64,000 nucleotides of DNA from Styela clava (GCF_964204865.1 NC_135261.1:7812001-7876000), one strand, 5' to 3'; shown: positions 37,014-50,803, numbered from the stretch's first letter. Numbers and translations are program-made. Notes: generated by a model not told the origin, from the letters alone.

Positions 37014-39361
37014 ATGGCAACCCTGCGTTGGTAAGAGAACTATAGTTTGTATGTTCTATTGAGTTTTAGATCGCGGTGTAATTTGTTTTTTGATTTTAGG
37101 TTTCTTCCGCTGCTCCAAGTTGCGATTTTGTTTGTTGGTACCCGCGGTAAGTTGATTATATTTTCCATGACTGATACGAACGTTTTCTTCGGTTTGTTTT
37201 TTATCTACTTTGCCTTTCCAACGTTAGGTGATGATGCGCCTGCGGAGGGGGCTGATTCGAACGACAAAGGAAATGAGACGGTGGGTGGCAGGTCTTTCGT
37301 GCCACATTTCCACGCCGCGTCTGCTTGTTCAAACGTGGTTTGCATGAATGGCGGTACATGTTATTCTACTGGCAGCAATCAACCTAATACAGCCAGGTGA
37401 GATCGCTGAATGACTCGTGATGTTGTTGGCTCAATGTTGTCTGTAACACACGTGAATTTGTTTTCAGGTATCAATGTCGGTGCATACTTCCATTTCATGG
37501 TACTCACTGTGAGCATGGCCAGAGATCCATCGTTATTCCAAGTACTAATCACTGCTATCCGAATCCGTGCATGAATGGAGGGTCTTGCTATACTTCAGGA
37601 AAGGGGTATGAAGAAAAATTCAATAATTCAGCTTGGTAATGTCTGTTTACAAATCTTTACCTCGTTGCGTTTTTGTTTTAGATACACATGCCGTTGTGCT
37701 GGCTCCTGGAGCGGCACTCATTGTGAAACTCCGTTGTATGTGAATCCTGTAGTGGTGCGCAACACTCCGTGTACACAGGGCTTCAACCCTTGTAATAACA
37801 TGTGCGAATGTGTAAATTCCTGCCGACATTCTTCTGGTTATTATTGCCGAAGCGCAAATGGCTATTTGGGAAAGAATTGCACGATTCGTGAGTATCTGTT
37901 GCGTGCAGTAGTATCAGTGGTATCTCTGGCATATTCTATTAATCTGTATTTGTTTATCCAGCTCCTCCAAACATTCAATGCTTGGCCAACCAAATCATCG
38001 TTACCGTGGACGATGCCTTTGTCCGTGAGTACGACTTAGGAATCGGGAACAGCAGGTTGTATCTTGGTCGAAATGGGGGCGGAGTTGTCGGTCAAGATTG
38101 CTACGCAATAACCAGCAACGGCATATCTCACACCTTCACCATACCTCTGCCTTTTGGAAAATGCGGCACATCTGTACAGGCAATCGGAGGCAAAACCGTC
38201 GCCAACAACGTAATCTGGTTAAACCGCTTCACCAATGCAGCGTATGACATGCCTGTTCCAGTTATTAATTTCGAGTGCACATACACTAAAGAATATATTA
38301 TCGTGACGTCGCTCCAGCCCGCGTAAGTTTTCATAGTTTGCATAATGCTGCGTTGTTCCGAAGAAATCTCATTTTGGATATTTTCAGAATCGACCAACCA
38401 CCCACTCTCCGGGAAACCGGATTCACTCGCGTGAGAGGAACTATAGAACTTTGCAAAGTGTCGTCATCTTGTCCTAACACCTGTCCGACAAATTTTGCAG
38501 TAAGGGAAGCTGCAGTTTATACGATTGGAGAAATGATTCATCTGAATATCAGGGGCGATCAAAGTATACAGGTCCGTGAATCTTGAACTTGAAGTGTAAT
38601 TCCTGGTTGTTAATTTAGTTGAATTCTAGTCTCCGGTCGGACCTTTTTTGGTTACAGGGAATCGTCGCATTGAAAACACTTTACCTCTCTTGTGACGCAA
38701 GTCCAAGCAATGCAATAGTGAGGCTGGTAACAAATGGATGCCCAGGAGGTTCACAGAATTACATGCCAACTAGAGTGACCTACAGTGGACGATCTTCTTC
38801 AGTCTGTGCCTCGTTCCAAGTACCTAGATTGCAGGGTTGTCCTGTCTTCTATATACACGCCGAATTGGAAACCTGCATTCCTTCAGTGGTAAATACTATT
38901 TATATAGCTTAAATTTTTCTAGTGAACCTTGCTTGGCAAACTTGAATCTTGTTTTTATTGCAGGGCTGTACTTATAATCCTAGTACTTGCGGCCAGCAAA
39001 TTATGCCCGGTCGTCGACGAAGAGATTTAAACGAAACTGAACATAAAGTTACAAATGTTTTCGGCCCAATTTATGTCCTGTCCGGAGAGCGCGGCGTTCC
39101 CTACGAAACCTTGTTCCCGAACACCACTATCGTATCGTCTCCAGCTCAGTTTTTGGAACCGAAGCCAGCTTCCGAGATTGTTCAAGGTTTGTTTGTATAT
39201 TCTTCTCTCGTTGCGTAAATAAAGATCAATTTTGTAACCAGATTTTTGTTTTTTAAGATTCCACATCTCTCCTGCTCATCGTTGGCTTGTCTTTGCTCTG
39301 CTTCCTGGTCATACTAAGCATTTCAGGATTAATTGTATACCGCTCTCGGTACTCCAAATAA
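37014..39361 (+). CDS. EGF-like x3 + ZP domain + furin site + TM protein, copy A (exons 37014-37030, 37100-37146, 37228-37396, 37468-37605, 37682-37887, 37962-38322, 38388-38571, 38658-38888, 38964-39186, 39258-39361)
   Basis: Signal peptide MATLRWFLPLLQVAILFVGTRG; EGF patterns C.NGGTC..YQCRC..F.GTHCE; ZP-N/ZP-C cysteine pattern (CGT, FECTY, CIPS..C); RRRR cleavage site; C-terminal TM. All splice phases are compatible. Confidence 0.92.
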
Positions 39362-39908
39362 TTTTAATTGTTTTACTTGTATTTGAATTACAAATAAAAA
39401 ACATTGTTGTTTTTGCACATAATTTGTCCTTTTGTTGGTTTAGCTTTAAACGGTTTTCGTCCATTGATGTGGTGGGCTAGGCTAGTCAGAAATTCTATTA
39501 GGAACATCTTTTATGAGATCGCAATCTACAAGAGGACTGATTTCGATAGGCTCGTTACAAAAACTTGGGCAATGCGTTGTCTTGGGATATTGCATTGTGG
39601 GTTGAATTACAAAAACGAAACTCTGGTAAAAAAAAGACCTGGTTGTCTTGGGATATTGCATTGATTATTTTATTTTCCAAACCTAGCTCCTAATTAAATC
39701 GGAAACTCAGTTTTGTGGTCGGTTCCGCAGATTTCTGTCGTGTCCGTAATTGATTTGTGTGTTCCCTCCTTACTAGATCCTAAGACGATTGCATCGTAAG
39801 TGAAGTGAAGAAATACCGTGCTGCCTACGATAAGTAATGAGAAAAACGGTTGCAATCTCTTACCAGCCATAGCTACGCAGAGTTGCGTCTATACAGATGC
39901 TGCTACAC

Positions 39909-41266
39909 CAGGGGTGGGCAATTACTTTTATGAGTGGGCCGGATGCGGATAATAGACTTGGTTACTGGTCCGGAGGATGAAATATCGATATTATCAAAAT
40001 TAATTAATGGGACTTCATTACAGGGGTTGGCAAATTACGGCAGCTGCGCAGAGAAAATATCTCAACAGCCATATTACCGTTTGATATTAAAGACAGCACA
40101 ATGTAACACTCTAGGTCATTATATATTATTTGATAAATAGGTCATTCAATAAGAGTAAACACCATCAAAAGATCAGCAAGTGACATGAATACAGACAGAA
40201 TAACTTAAGTAGTGTAACTGATGTACTACAGTGGTTCTCAAACTTTTTTGTACCGTCGCCCACGTAAAATACTTTTACGTTATCATCGACCCAAAACTAC
40301 AACAAAACAGCAACTTACAAACAAATGTATTAAAAAAACAAATAGAATGATTGCGGTGATCACTGCCTGATTATGATGAGAATTGATTTGATCGCAAAAT
40401 CCAAGGGTCGACCATGAAATCTTATGTGTACAATTTATTACAGTAATTTAATTCAATTAAAGTCAAATCATTACAACTCCTGGGATAATGCGACAATCTG
40501 GCGCCGTACCAACAAATGTTTGGGAGCAGCTTCGTCTTTACTTCGTCTAAAATAATCTTTAATCTGTCGAGGCACTCCTAAAACAATATTTATGATGTTT
40601 TCCGTTATATTTTATTTCAATATATATTTAGACACCGCTTCGTCTTACAATATTCACTTCCTCATTTTCAGTCGAAAATTGGATTTGAGGATTCAATATT
40701 TAGTTTGTATTTAGCGTCTAGTCTCAGATGATCACATAATAAGAAGTTTTTTACAATTTATGCACAGTTCCGGTGGAAAACATTTTTCGACGTCCTCATG
40801 GCACTTGTCATGCGGAATACTTGCGAGGTATAGTTCGCCGAAATATAGTTTGCCGATTTTCACGTTTTAAATACCCACGTTAGGCTGAAGAAAACAATTA
40901 CCGATTTAACTTAATTTTGTTCACCGAGTATGGATGATTCACCTCCCCTATGGATTTTCCACTCATTGTCTTATTCGTTTCGCGGCATTCAGGAAAGCAC
41001 GAACAAATTTGCAGGCCCAAATGCTGATATACCGGGAGCTAGAGTTTTTGAATGACATAAATAATTCGGATCGATGGTTTTGCACATTATATTCAGTGCT
41101 GATGATACGGGAGGAATTACGGTATTTACTTTAGCCGACGATCCGTTATTTCATCGATTTTTTAAACGGGAATTTATATCCATAAAAACAATATATAATC
41201 ATGATTTCAGCAGGCACAAGTGGGCCGGATGAAACACTCCAGCGGGCCGTAATTTGCCCACCCCTG
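39909..41266. mobile_element. Composite non-autonomous hAT element
   Basis: TIR CAGGGGTGGGCAA and TSD tgctacac/tgctacaa. Further hAT-type ends lie inside, at 40021 and 40229. Confidence 0.8.
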
Positions 41267-41403
41267 TGCTACAATAATTGTAATGTCAGAAAAATCATAA
41301 CACTCAATTTTTTGGCGACAGATGGCGTACTTTATTATCACACAGATTGCATGTCCCCAGAGCCAAAATTCAGACAATGCAGAGGCTATGCCACTTGTGA
41401 GGA

Positions 41404-41549
41404 TTTTGGTTACAGGGAATCGTCGCATTGAAAACACTTTACCTCTCTTGTGACGCAAGTCCAAGCAATGCAAAAGGTAAGGCTTATAACAAATGGCTGC
41501 CCAGGAGGTTCACAGAATTACATGCCAACTAGAGTGACTTACAGTGGAC
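41404..41549 (+). pseudogene. Orphan fragment of EGF-ZP exon 8 with its splice acceptor
   Basis: Near-identical to ~38647-38791 (GIVALKTLYLSCDASPSNA...NYMPTRVTYSG), with a 1-nt insertion. Confidence 0.9.
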
Positions 41550-41719
41550 CCCTCTTTAGCAACGACGTCACAAGCAATGTATCATGACGTCATATTCTTT
41601 CCGCGGTTATGTAAGGGGATATGCAGTGAATTGCGTGAAATACTAAGATTTTTAGCTACAGGTAAAATACGTAGGTCAATAGCAGTAAGTAATGTTATGT
41701 CATAAAAAGTCATGGTATC

Positions 41720-42820
41720 AGAAATCTGACGTTATAAACCAGTTACTTCAATTAATAATATGAAGCTTTAGGTTAGTGGTACCGACTAAAAATTATTCGA
41801 TTGAATTCGATTCATTCCAAGTGTTCAGTTAAATACAGTGTTTAATCCGGAACAAGCCGGTATAAACCATTTGCACAATTTTGTCACGGCAACAAAAGCT
41901 CTTAAGTCCGTAAGACCGCACTTCTTTTACCTAAATCGGAGGTTAAAGAGAACCCCTAAAATTATTAAACGTTGCGCCCCGGCGAACTAACTGGCATACA
42001 AAGACACAACCCTAGCCGCAAAATCTCGCTCGGGTTGCCGCATTACGGCAGTGGTCACCGTGAGAATAGACACCATATGCAAAAACGACGATGTTTTTAT
42101 TATAACTTCGAAACACAAAATACGAAATTACAATTAAAACGAATAAGAGATCATTTCGAGTATCGAGAACGGTAGATAACCAAGGCGGAACCAAGGCGGA
42201 GATGCTCAAGACCACAAGGAAGCAGAGCAAAGATAAGCCAACGATGAGCATGAAAGACATAGAATCTGAAAATGACAAATGAGAAATCTGACGTTATAAA
42301 CCAGTTACTTCAATTAATAATATGAAGCTCTAGGTCAGTGGTACCGATTAAAAATTACTCGATTGAATTCGATTCATTCCAAGTGTTCAGTTATATACAG
42401 TGTTTAATCCGGAACAAGCCGGTATAAACCATTTGCACAATATTGTTACGGCAACAAAAGCTCTTTTAAGTCCATAAGACCGCACTTCTTTTACCTAAAT
42501 CGGAGGTTAAAGAGAATACCTAAAACGCCCCGGCGAACTAACTGGCATACAAAGACACAATCCTTGCCGCAAAATCTCGATCGGGTTGCCGCATTACGGC
42601 AGTGGTCACAGTGAGAATAGACACCATATGCAAAAACGACGATGTTTTTATTATAACTTTGAAACACAAAATACGAAATTACAATTAAAACAAACAAGAG
42701 ATCATTTTGAGTATCGAGAACGGTAGATAACCAAGGCGGAGATGCACAAGACCACAAGGAAGCAGAGCAAAGATAAGCCAACGATGAGCATAAAAGACTT
42801 AGAATCTGAAAATGACAAAT
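41720..42820. repeat. Tandem duplication (~562 bp) of the last exon and 3' UTR of EGF-ZP copy B
   Basis: 41720-42280 matches 42282-42820 closely. Confidence 0.92.
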
Positions 42821-45182
42821 AAAGAATTTTTACTAAATGGGAAGTCTTTTTAACACGATGCAAGTTACATACGAACACAACACAAACCTTTAATAATTTC
42901 AGAAGCTGGCTTCGGTTCCAAAATCTGAGCAGGAGACGATACGATAGTGGTGTTAGGGAACAAGGTTTCGTAAGGAATGCCACGCTCCCCGGTAATAACG
43001 TAAATCGGGCCAAAAACATTCGTATCTTTATGTTCAGTGTCATTCAAATCTCTTCGTCGACGCCCGGGCATAAGCTGCTGACCGCAGGTACTCGGATTGT
43101 AAGTACATCCCTGTAGGAAAAACGAGATTCATGCTAGCAAGGTTCAAGAAAAATTAGAATTTATATCATAGTATTTACCACTGAAGGAATGCAGGTTTCC
43201 AATTCTGCGTGTATATAGAAGACCGGACAACCCTGCAATCTCGGTACTTGAAACGAGGCACAGACTGAAGAAGATCGTCCACTGTAGGTCACTCGAGTTG
43301 GCATGTAATTCTGTGAACCTCCTGGGCAGCCATTTGTTACAAGCCTTACTATTGCACTGCTTGGATTTGCGTCACAAGAGAGGTAAAGTGTTTTCAATGC
43401 AACGATTCCCTGCAATTTACAAACATTCCAATTTGAACAATCAATATGAAACCAGAAAATTGCAAGTCCAGATTCACGAACCTGTATGCTTTGATCGCCC
43501 CTGATATTCAGATGAATCATTTCTCCCACTGTGTAAACTGCAGCTTCCCTTACTGCAAAATTTGTCGGACACGTGTTAGGACAAGATGAAGACACTTTGC
43601 AAAGCTCTATGGTTCCTCGAACACGAGTGAATCCGTTTCCCCGCAGAGTGGGTGGTTGGTCGATTCTGAAAATACGCTAAACAATATTACCTTGAACAAT
43701 TTGAGCATTCTGCAGAATTAGGAATAACTTACGCGGGCTGGAGTGATGTCACGATAATATATTCTTTAGTGTACGTGCACTCGAAATTAATAACTGGAAC
43801 AGGCATGTCATATGCCGCATTGGTGAAGCGGTTTAACCAGATTACGTTGTTGGCGACGGTTTTGCCTCCGATTGCCTGTACAGATGTGCCGCATTTTCCA
43901 AAAGGCAGAGGTATGGTGAAGGTGTGAGATATGCCGCTGCTGGTTACTGCGTAGCAATCTTGACCGACAACTCCGCCCCCATTTCGACCAAGATACAACC
44001 TGCTGTTCCCGATTCCTAAGTCGTACTCACGGACGAAGGCATCGTCCACGGTAACGATGATTTGGTTGGCCAAGCATTGAATGTTTGGAGGAGCTGGACA
44101 TAAATAAAAACCAGATTACTCAACTATAATCGCGAGTCCTAAATACTACTGCACGTAATAGAGATACTCACGAATCGTGCAATTCTTTCCCAGATAGCCA
44201 TTTGCGCTTCGGCAATAATAACCAGAAGAATGTCGGCAAGAATTTACACATTCACACATGTTATTACAAGGGTTGAAGCCCTGTGTACACGGAGTGTTGC
44301 GCGCATTTATAGGATTCACATACAACCGAGTTTCACAATGAGTGCCGCTCCATGAGCCAGCACAACGACAGGTGTATCTAAAATAGAAATTGGACGAATA
44401 AAACAAGATTTGACATACAGCATCGGAAGGAATTTTTTTTAAGTTTTCTACATACGCATTTCCCGAAGTATAGCAAGACCCTCCATTCAAGCACGGACTC
44501 GGGTAGCATCGATTCGTGTTTGGAATAACAATGGATCTCTGGCCATGCTCACAATGAGTCCCGTGGAAAGGAAGTATGCACCGACATTGATATCTAAAAA
44601 TAACTCGATCAATCAGTCATTCGTCGTCACAAAAAAATGCACAAAAAAATGGTACAGAAACAAAATAAATATACTAACGCGAGGGACCTTGTTAGGTCTT
44701 CAAGAAGCGACAACGAGGTGCTGTTACCAGTTCAGTGTAAAACAACAAAATAACTGATATAATTGACCATTATAAGAATGTTACAAACCGTTCAGTCAAC
44801 CTACCTTGCCACATTAGACTGAAGGCTCCCGGTAGCGTAGCACGTACCGCCATTTAGGCAGATTACATTCGCACAAGCAGATGCGATGCGCTGGTGTGAT
44901 ATTGAATGTCTGCCCTCGGCTTTCCCACTTTCTTCATCTTTCGAATCGGCTACTCTCTGCTTGTCATCACCTTAAGATAAAGAATTGTTTTGAAGCACAA
45001 GCGAAGTGAAAAATCTTCTGAATATATGACAAAGTCAGTCCACTTACCGTGAGTACCCATGAACAAAATTGCAACTTGGAGCAGCGGAAGAAACCTAAAA
45101 CCAAAAAGACACAATGTATCGCGGATCTAAACCCATCGAAGAATACAAAAAATAAAGTGTCTCACCAACGCAGGATTCCCAT
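42702..45182 (-). CDS. EGF-like x3 + ZP domain + furin site + TM protein, copy B (inverted paralog)
   Basis: Same 10-exon structure as copy A. Runs MGILRWFLPLLQVAILFMGTHG ... PGRRRRDLN ... MLIVGLSLLCFLVVLCISALVIYRSRYSK*. Confidence 0.92.
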
Positions 45183-45284
45183 TTTCAAACAATTTGAAAA
45201 AAAACTTCTAACGGACTCCTGAGGAATAACTACAATCTAACCAAATACGAAACGCAAGTCAACAAAGAACGCGAAAAACGTAAG

Positions 45285-45389
45285 CTCCTTAACGTAATCT
45301 AAAGCAAGAGTAACCCGGACGCCGAAAACGTGGAGTTTTTATTCAGGGTGAATTTGTTTTCGTCAATAATCACTGTGATTGCTTTTGTC
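45285..45389 (-). promoter_or_regulatory. Conserved proximal promoter/5' block of EGF-ZP gene B
   Basis: Reverse complement matches 36806-36910 at the same distance from the ATG. Confidence 0.65.
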
Positions 45390-46782
45390 TTGTGATTATT
45401 TTTATTGCTCTTGTATTTGTCGCGCACTTTAAAGTAAATAGTAAAATTAATGAGATATTGTAGTATGCGTATACAAATGCATTGCGTGTTATTAATGCCA
45501 TACCACTTCCAAATAGCGAAAACAGCTAATAATTATGAAAATTTCAGCGAATGCATCACAATGATATTCCACTAGAAATCTGAAAATAGATTTTCATCCG
45601 AAGTAATATCATACAATGAATCCCATACTTGAAACTCCTGAATAACATCTCTTTCATCATTATTGTAATCGAGATTTCATCATAAGCATCAGGCAGGTAA
45701 AGATAAGCTCGGTTTAAGAGATCACCTGTTTGTCGTTGAAGGCTTCTGTGCATTTAGTGGTGCATATTCAATTTAATAGATTAGGTAATTGTAAGTAAGT
45801 ATCTTAAGTGTTATTAAGTCATAAATTGGTATAATAAACTCATTCAGAGAAGTAGGGTGATTCAATTGTTGCGCCGATGTTGTCCGAATGGCTAAGGTTG
45901 TTTGCTATGTGCTAATTTCAATTCCACATGGCACTTATTGAAGCTTTGTTTAAATCATCAAATGGTACATTCAGATGATGGTCTAACACTCTAACTAACT
46001 GATTAGTTTTATTATTTCTGTTTCAATCTTGCTCGGTTTCGAATATTAGACCATTTTGACAACCTACCTAATACATTTTACGCAATGGCTTCATAAGCTA
46101 AAATGATGTAGAATAGTAAAAACTAGTCCACCATGTTGTTTAAATGGTTGTATTTCCTTCAAACCAAGAGAGCGATTTTCAAATATATATATGGACACGA
46201 AAGTCAAAACGCTGTAGTACAGGGGTATGTTAGTCGTTGAGTACAGGTATTGCAATTTTTCACAGTAGACTATCGTTGCCGCAGTATTCACGACTTCGTA
46301 TATATATGTATATCATTGTCTATATCCAATGGCTATATATGAATAATAATAATAAAAACTATCATTCACCCTTGATAAGCAATATATTTCCCATGGAAAA
46401 TAACTGCTATTTCAGTATCATACTGCCTTAATACTGACATCTGATAATTGAAATAATCTGGACTTTAGTTTGTCTGAATGTGTAACAGGTGAAATAAGTA
46501 GATATATCCCAGCTTTTTATGCATTCTATTAATGATAATTCAGACTTCTCAATTTAGAAATTAATCTCCAGCAATAAACCGTTTGGCATTATAATTATTA
46601 ATCTGGTATTAAGTTTGGAAAAAATGTTACTATGGGAGGGCAAATAATGTTTGTTACAATTCGTTTTCCGTTTACTAAGTAATTCGTCTAATTATGACAG
46701 TGTGTGAAAATGAAAAGTATATTTTACTTGCGTGAATGCATCTGAAGACTTCTTTTTGCAACATCTTTTATTTAAATTATGT

Positions 46783-46990
46783 TGAAGCGAACTAACTTCT
46801 TTCTAACAAGAAAAAGACTTTGAACTATGTTGATGTTTAATCCATAACAAAGCAATGTTAACGACAAGCGAACAGAAAACAGAATGACAAGTTATCGTAA
46901 GAAAAGCACGTAAGTAATCATGCGTGACAAAAACATAAACAAAACAATTGTGACTCATAACGGCTATTATTAGTTAAGTGGTTCGCCACA
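46783..46990 (-). repeat. 3' LTR
   Basis: Identical by eye to 50865-51072. Confidence 0.96.
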
Positions 46991-47012
46991 CTACCCCCCC
47001 AGACGGAATGAG

Positions 47013-50000
47013 TTATAAAAATCTAGTGGGTTTACGAGTTTTTCTACCAAATTTGGTTCTGTAATCATAACCGGTTGTAGGTTGATCGTCTGTAGAACGC
47101 TGATTGTTCGTTGTTGTTTTAGGGATTGGAGGACGTCCTCTTGGTTTAGGAATGGATACAGAAACAGGATGGTCGAGATCAAGATGAGCTGGCTTTAACC
47201 TGTCAACAGAAATAGTTTCGCTTCGGTTTCCAATCTGTACTTTGAAAGTTTTATTCCCATGTTGCAAAACTTCGAATGGTCCTTCATAAGGTCTTTGTAA
47301 AGGAGATCGGTGTGCGTCACGACGAATAAACACGAACTTGGCTTGATTGAGTGCGGCTGGCATTCTTGCTCTGAAAGGACCATGGTGCGACGTAGGAATT
47401 GGAGCCAATGATCCTACTCTTTCTCTGAGAAGCCGAAGATTTGTGGTCGGGCAGCTATTGTCTTTAGAGTCTGATATGAAATCACCGGGGACAGTGAGGG
47501 GAGCGCCATAAACAAGCTCAGCTGACGATGCCGTAAGATCTTCTTTCGGAGCTGTGCGGATTCCCAATAAAACCCATGGAAGCACGTCCAACCAGTTTGA
47601 ATCATTGAGTCGTGCCTTAATGGCAGATTTCATTGTTCGATGAAAACGTTCTACCAAACCATTTGCCTGTGGGTGGTAGGCTGTAGTGTGATGAATTTTT
47701 GTTCCCAATAATTCGGCAACAGCAGACCAAAGGCCTGAAATGAACTGTGATCCTCGGTCAGAAGAAATGTGAAGTGGAACACCAAAACGGGCAACCCAAT
47801 TTGACAGGAAAGCTCGGGCACAAGACATAGTTGATATGTCTTTGAGGGGAATGGCTTCTGGCCACCTTGTGAAACGATCTACTATTGTAAGAAGGTAATT
47901 GTATCCTTGTGATGGTGGTAAAGGACCAACTAAGTCAATGTTGATATGGTCAAAACGTTTGTCTGGCATTTTGAAATCTTCTAAAGGGGCCCGTATATGA
48001 CGATTTATTTTAGACTTTTGGCATTCCAGGCATGTTTTGGCCCATTGTCCAATTTGTTTGGAGAGACCATGCCACACAAATTTTTGTGAGATCAGTTTGC
48101 GAGTGGTACGTATGCCTGGATGCGAGAGCCCGTGAACCGCATCAAAAATTTTTCTGCGCCAGCTGGCAGGCACTATAGGTCGTGGTCTACCCGTAGATAC
48201 GTCACACAGCAATGTAAATTTGCCGTTGCAAAAAGGGATATCTTCGACCCGAAGACCGGTGATAGCAGTGCGGTAAGCCTGTGTATCCTTGTCGTTTAGT
48301 TGATCTGTGGCCATAATTTCATAATCGATGCCGTCATTGATGTCGTTGATGACCGCGCGCGACAGGGCGTCGGCGACAGTATTATCCTTACCGGAAATAT
48401 GTTTTATATCTGTTGTGTATTCAGATATGAAATTGAGGTGACGCTGTTGTCGCGCTGACCATGGCTCAGAGACTTTTGCCATAGCAAAAGTGAGGGGTTT
48501 GTGATCTGTAAAAACCGTGAAGGGTCGTGCTTCGAGAAAATAACGAAAATGTCGTATTCCTAAGTAAACGGCCAAAAGTTCCTTGTCGAATGCACTGTAT
48601 TTCGTCTCGGGTTTGCGTAGCTGTCTACTATAAAATGCAATTGGCTTCCAAGATCCATTTAACTTTTGCTCGAGAACACCTCCTAAGGCAACGTCCGAAG
48701 CGTCGACTGTGAGGGCAGTTGGTGCGTTTGGTTGTGGATGTGTAAGCATAACTGCATTTGCCAGTACTTTCTTAGTTTTTTCAAATGCACATATCATACT
48801 GTCAGTCCATTCGGGCAAAACCTTCGACTTCTTGGGCAGGCCGGAAAGTGCTGCGAATAGTGGTTGCATTATTTGGGCAGCTTTGGGCAAAAACCGATGA
48901 TAGAAATTAACCATGCCAAGAAACTCTTGAAGGCCTTTTACAGATGAAGGGCGAGGGAAATTAGTTATCGCCTTCACTTTATTGGGGAGAGGAAAAGCAC
49001 CCTCCTTTGTAACAGTATGTCCCAGGAACTCTAATTCGCTTAAACCGAATTTACATTTGGCAGGATTGATAACCATACCGTGACTTTTTAGCCTTTGGAA
49101 AAGATTTCGCAAGTCCTTTTTGTGTTGATCTTTAGACGTACTGGCGATAAGGATGTCGTCAAGATAGACAAATACGAAAGGCAAACCTCGACAGATGGTA
49201 TCCATTAAACGCTGGAATACCTGGGCGGCGTTTTTAAGCCCAAACGGCATGCGGAGGAATTCAAATAGGCCAAACGGTGTGATAATGGCAGTTTTGGGGA
49301 TATCTTGTTCATGAATAGGTATTTGATGATAACCGCGAACAAGATCCACTTTAGAGAAAATTGTCCTTCCCGCAAGACGGGCCGTAAAATCTTGTATGTT
49401 TGGGACTGGGTAGCGGTCAGGCACGGTCATATCATTGAGACGTCTGTAGTCTCCACATGGGCGCCACCCGCCGTCCTGTTTAGGTACGATGTGAAGCGCA
49501 GACGCCCAGGGGCTATTTGAGGGTCGGATGATTCCGAGTTCAATCATGTTATCAAACTCTGCCTTTGCCGCGGCTAGCTTATCGGGGTGCAATCTTCGAG
49601 CCTTTGCGTGCACCGGGGGGCCTTCTGTAACAATATGATGCTTTACCCCGTGTGCAGTGGTCGGGTTGCTGAATGTGGGGCGCGTTAAATCAGGAAATTC
49701 GTTCAGAATTTTGGCAAAATCGTTTTCGGCTACGTAGTGAAGGCAAGGCGGGGTGCCAGTAATGGTTCTGGTTGGAATACAAGCGTATGTGCTTGCCTCG
49801 ATAAGTCGTTTGCCCCTGATGTCAACCAAAAGTCCGTGAGAGCGCAAAAAATCTCCCCCGATAATTGCCCGTGAAACATTGGCTAATGTGAATTTCCAGG
49901 TAAAATTTCTACCGCATATAGTCAAAGGCACTTTTCGTGTGCCATATGTCGTAATTGAGGTGCCATTAGCTGCCAAAAGTGCTTGTCCTGGTCGCCCGTA

Positions 50001-50150
50001 ACGACGGTCATGACCGGTGGCAGGCAGCACGCTGACTTGTGCACCCGTATCAACTAAAAAACTGCGTCCAGAGTTTTTGTCTGTGACGTAATAAAGGTTT
50101 GAATCGCCGACCGCCAAAGAGGTTACTGACGGTCGGCTATGGCGTTTTCC
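47013..50150 (-). CDS. pol: Pol polyprotein (protease, RT, RNase H, integrase), probably expressed by -1 frameshift from gag
   Basis: LVDTGA, YLDD, TVDAS, HHCC zinc finger, IDLVGP / SDRG / VERFH catalytic DDE, GPF module and a PRGRP AT-hook. The ORF is uninterrupted. Confidence 0.96.
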   Translation of the reverse strand, partial: GKRHSRPSVTSLAVGDSNLYYVTDKNSGRSFLVDTGAQVSVLPATGHDRRYGRPGQALLAANGTSITTYGTRKVPLTICGRNFTWKFTLANVSRAIIGGDFLRSHGLLVDIRGKRLIEASTYACIPTRTITGTPPCLHYVAENDFAKILNEFPDLTRPTFSNPTTAHGVKHHIVTEGPPVHAKARRLHPDKLAAAKAEFDNMIELGIIRPSNSPWASALHIVPKQDGGWRPCGDYRRLNDMTVPDRYPVPNIQDFTARLAGRTIFSKVDLVRGYHQIPIHEQDIPKTAIITPFGLFEFLRMPFGLKNAAQVFQRLMDTICRGLPFVFVYLDDILIASTSKDQHKKDLRNLFQRLKSHGMVINPAKCKFGLSELEFLGHTVTKEGAFPLPNKVKAITNFPRPSSVKGLQEFLGMVNFYHRFLPKAAQIMQPLFAALSGLPKKSKVLPEWTDSMICAFEKTKKVLANAVMLTHPQPNAPTALTVDASDVALGGVLEQKLNGSWKPIAFYSRQLRKPETKYSAFDKELLAVYLGIRHFRYFLEARPFTVFTDHKPLTFAMAKVSEPWSARQQRHLNFISEYTTDIKHISGKDNTVADALSRAVINDINDGIDYEIMATDQLNDKDTQAYRTAITGLRVEDIPFCNGKFTLLCDVSTGRPRPIVPASWRRKIFDAVHGLSHPGIRTTRKLISQKFVWHGLSKQIGQWAKTCLECQKSKINRHIRAPLEDFKMPDKRFDHINIDLVGPLPPSQGYNYLLTIVDRFTRWPEAIPLKDISTMSCARAFLSNWVARFGVPLHISSDRGSQFISGLWSAVAELLGTKIHHTTAYHPQANGLVERFHRTMKSAIKARLNDSNWLDVLPWVLLGIRTAPKEDLTASSAELVYGAPLTVPGDFISDSKDNSCPTTNLRLLRERVGSLAPIPTSHHGPFRARMPAALNQAKFVFIRRDAHRSPLQRPYEGPFEVLQHGNKTFKVQIGNRSETISVDRLKPAHLDLDHPVSVSIPKPRGRPPIPKTTTNNQRSTDDQPTTGYDYRTKFGRKTRKPTRFL

Positions 50151-50803
50151 GAAACCACAAAAGAACATGGCGGGCGACATTTTTTGGCTTTCTTGCCGAA
50201 TTTCCTGTGATAAAAACACATTTCAGACAAAACATGAGATGGTTGTTTTTTGCATGAACTGGTTTTTTGTACAGCGTTTGTCACCTCATAGCCTTTTGCA
50301 GTTAAAATATCATCTGCTTTCCTTGCCAGCTTCCGAAAATCGTCGCCCGTGGTTGTTAAAATGTCTGTAAGTTGAGACCGGACGTCTGGTGGCAGATGAC
50401 TGACGAACAAATGGCGAAATAAGAAATCAGGTGTCTTACCTACTGGATACAATGCAAGCATGTTGTCCATAAGTTCCGTTGCCGTTCCATCCCCTAGTCC
50501 AGGCATTGAACAAAGGCGCGCAGCTCGTTCAGGATCCGTTAGCGAACATTTAGTAGTGAGCTTCTCTTTGAGATCTTGGTACTTGTTCGTTTCCGGCGGG
50601 TTATTGAGAACATTAAGAATGCTGGCAGCGGTATTGTCATCCAGAGCGGCAACCACGTAGTGGTATTTTGTTTCATCTGTTGTGATATTTCGAACAGCGA
50701 ACTGCGCTTCGACTTGGTGGAACCAAACGGCAGGATTTTTAGTCCAGAAAATCGGCAGCTTTAATGATACCGCTGTTAGGCCTACTTTGTTGTCTTCACT
50801 CAT
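50123..50803 (-). CDS. gag: Gag protein
   Basis: KLPIFW...[10 protein letters not shown]-terminus and [18 protein letters not shown] (C-X2-H-X9-C-X3-C), typical of CsRn1/Boudicca/Kabuki. Confidence 0.95.
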   Translation of the reverse strand: MSEDNKVGLTAVSLKLPIFWTKNPAVWFHQVEAQFAVRNITTDETKYHYVVAALDDNTAASILNVLNNPPETNKYQDLKEKLTTKCSLTDPERAARLCSMPGLGDGTATELMDNMLALYPVGKTPDFLFRHLFVSHLPPDVRSQLTDILTTTGDDFRKLARKADDILTAKGYEVTNAVQKTSSCKKQPSHVLSEMCFYHRKFGKKAKKCRPPCSFVVSENAIADRQ

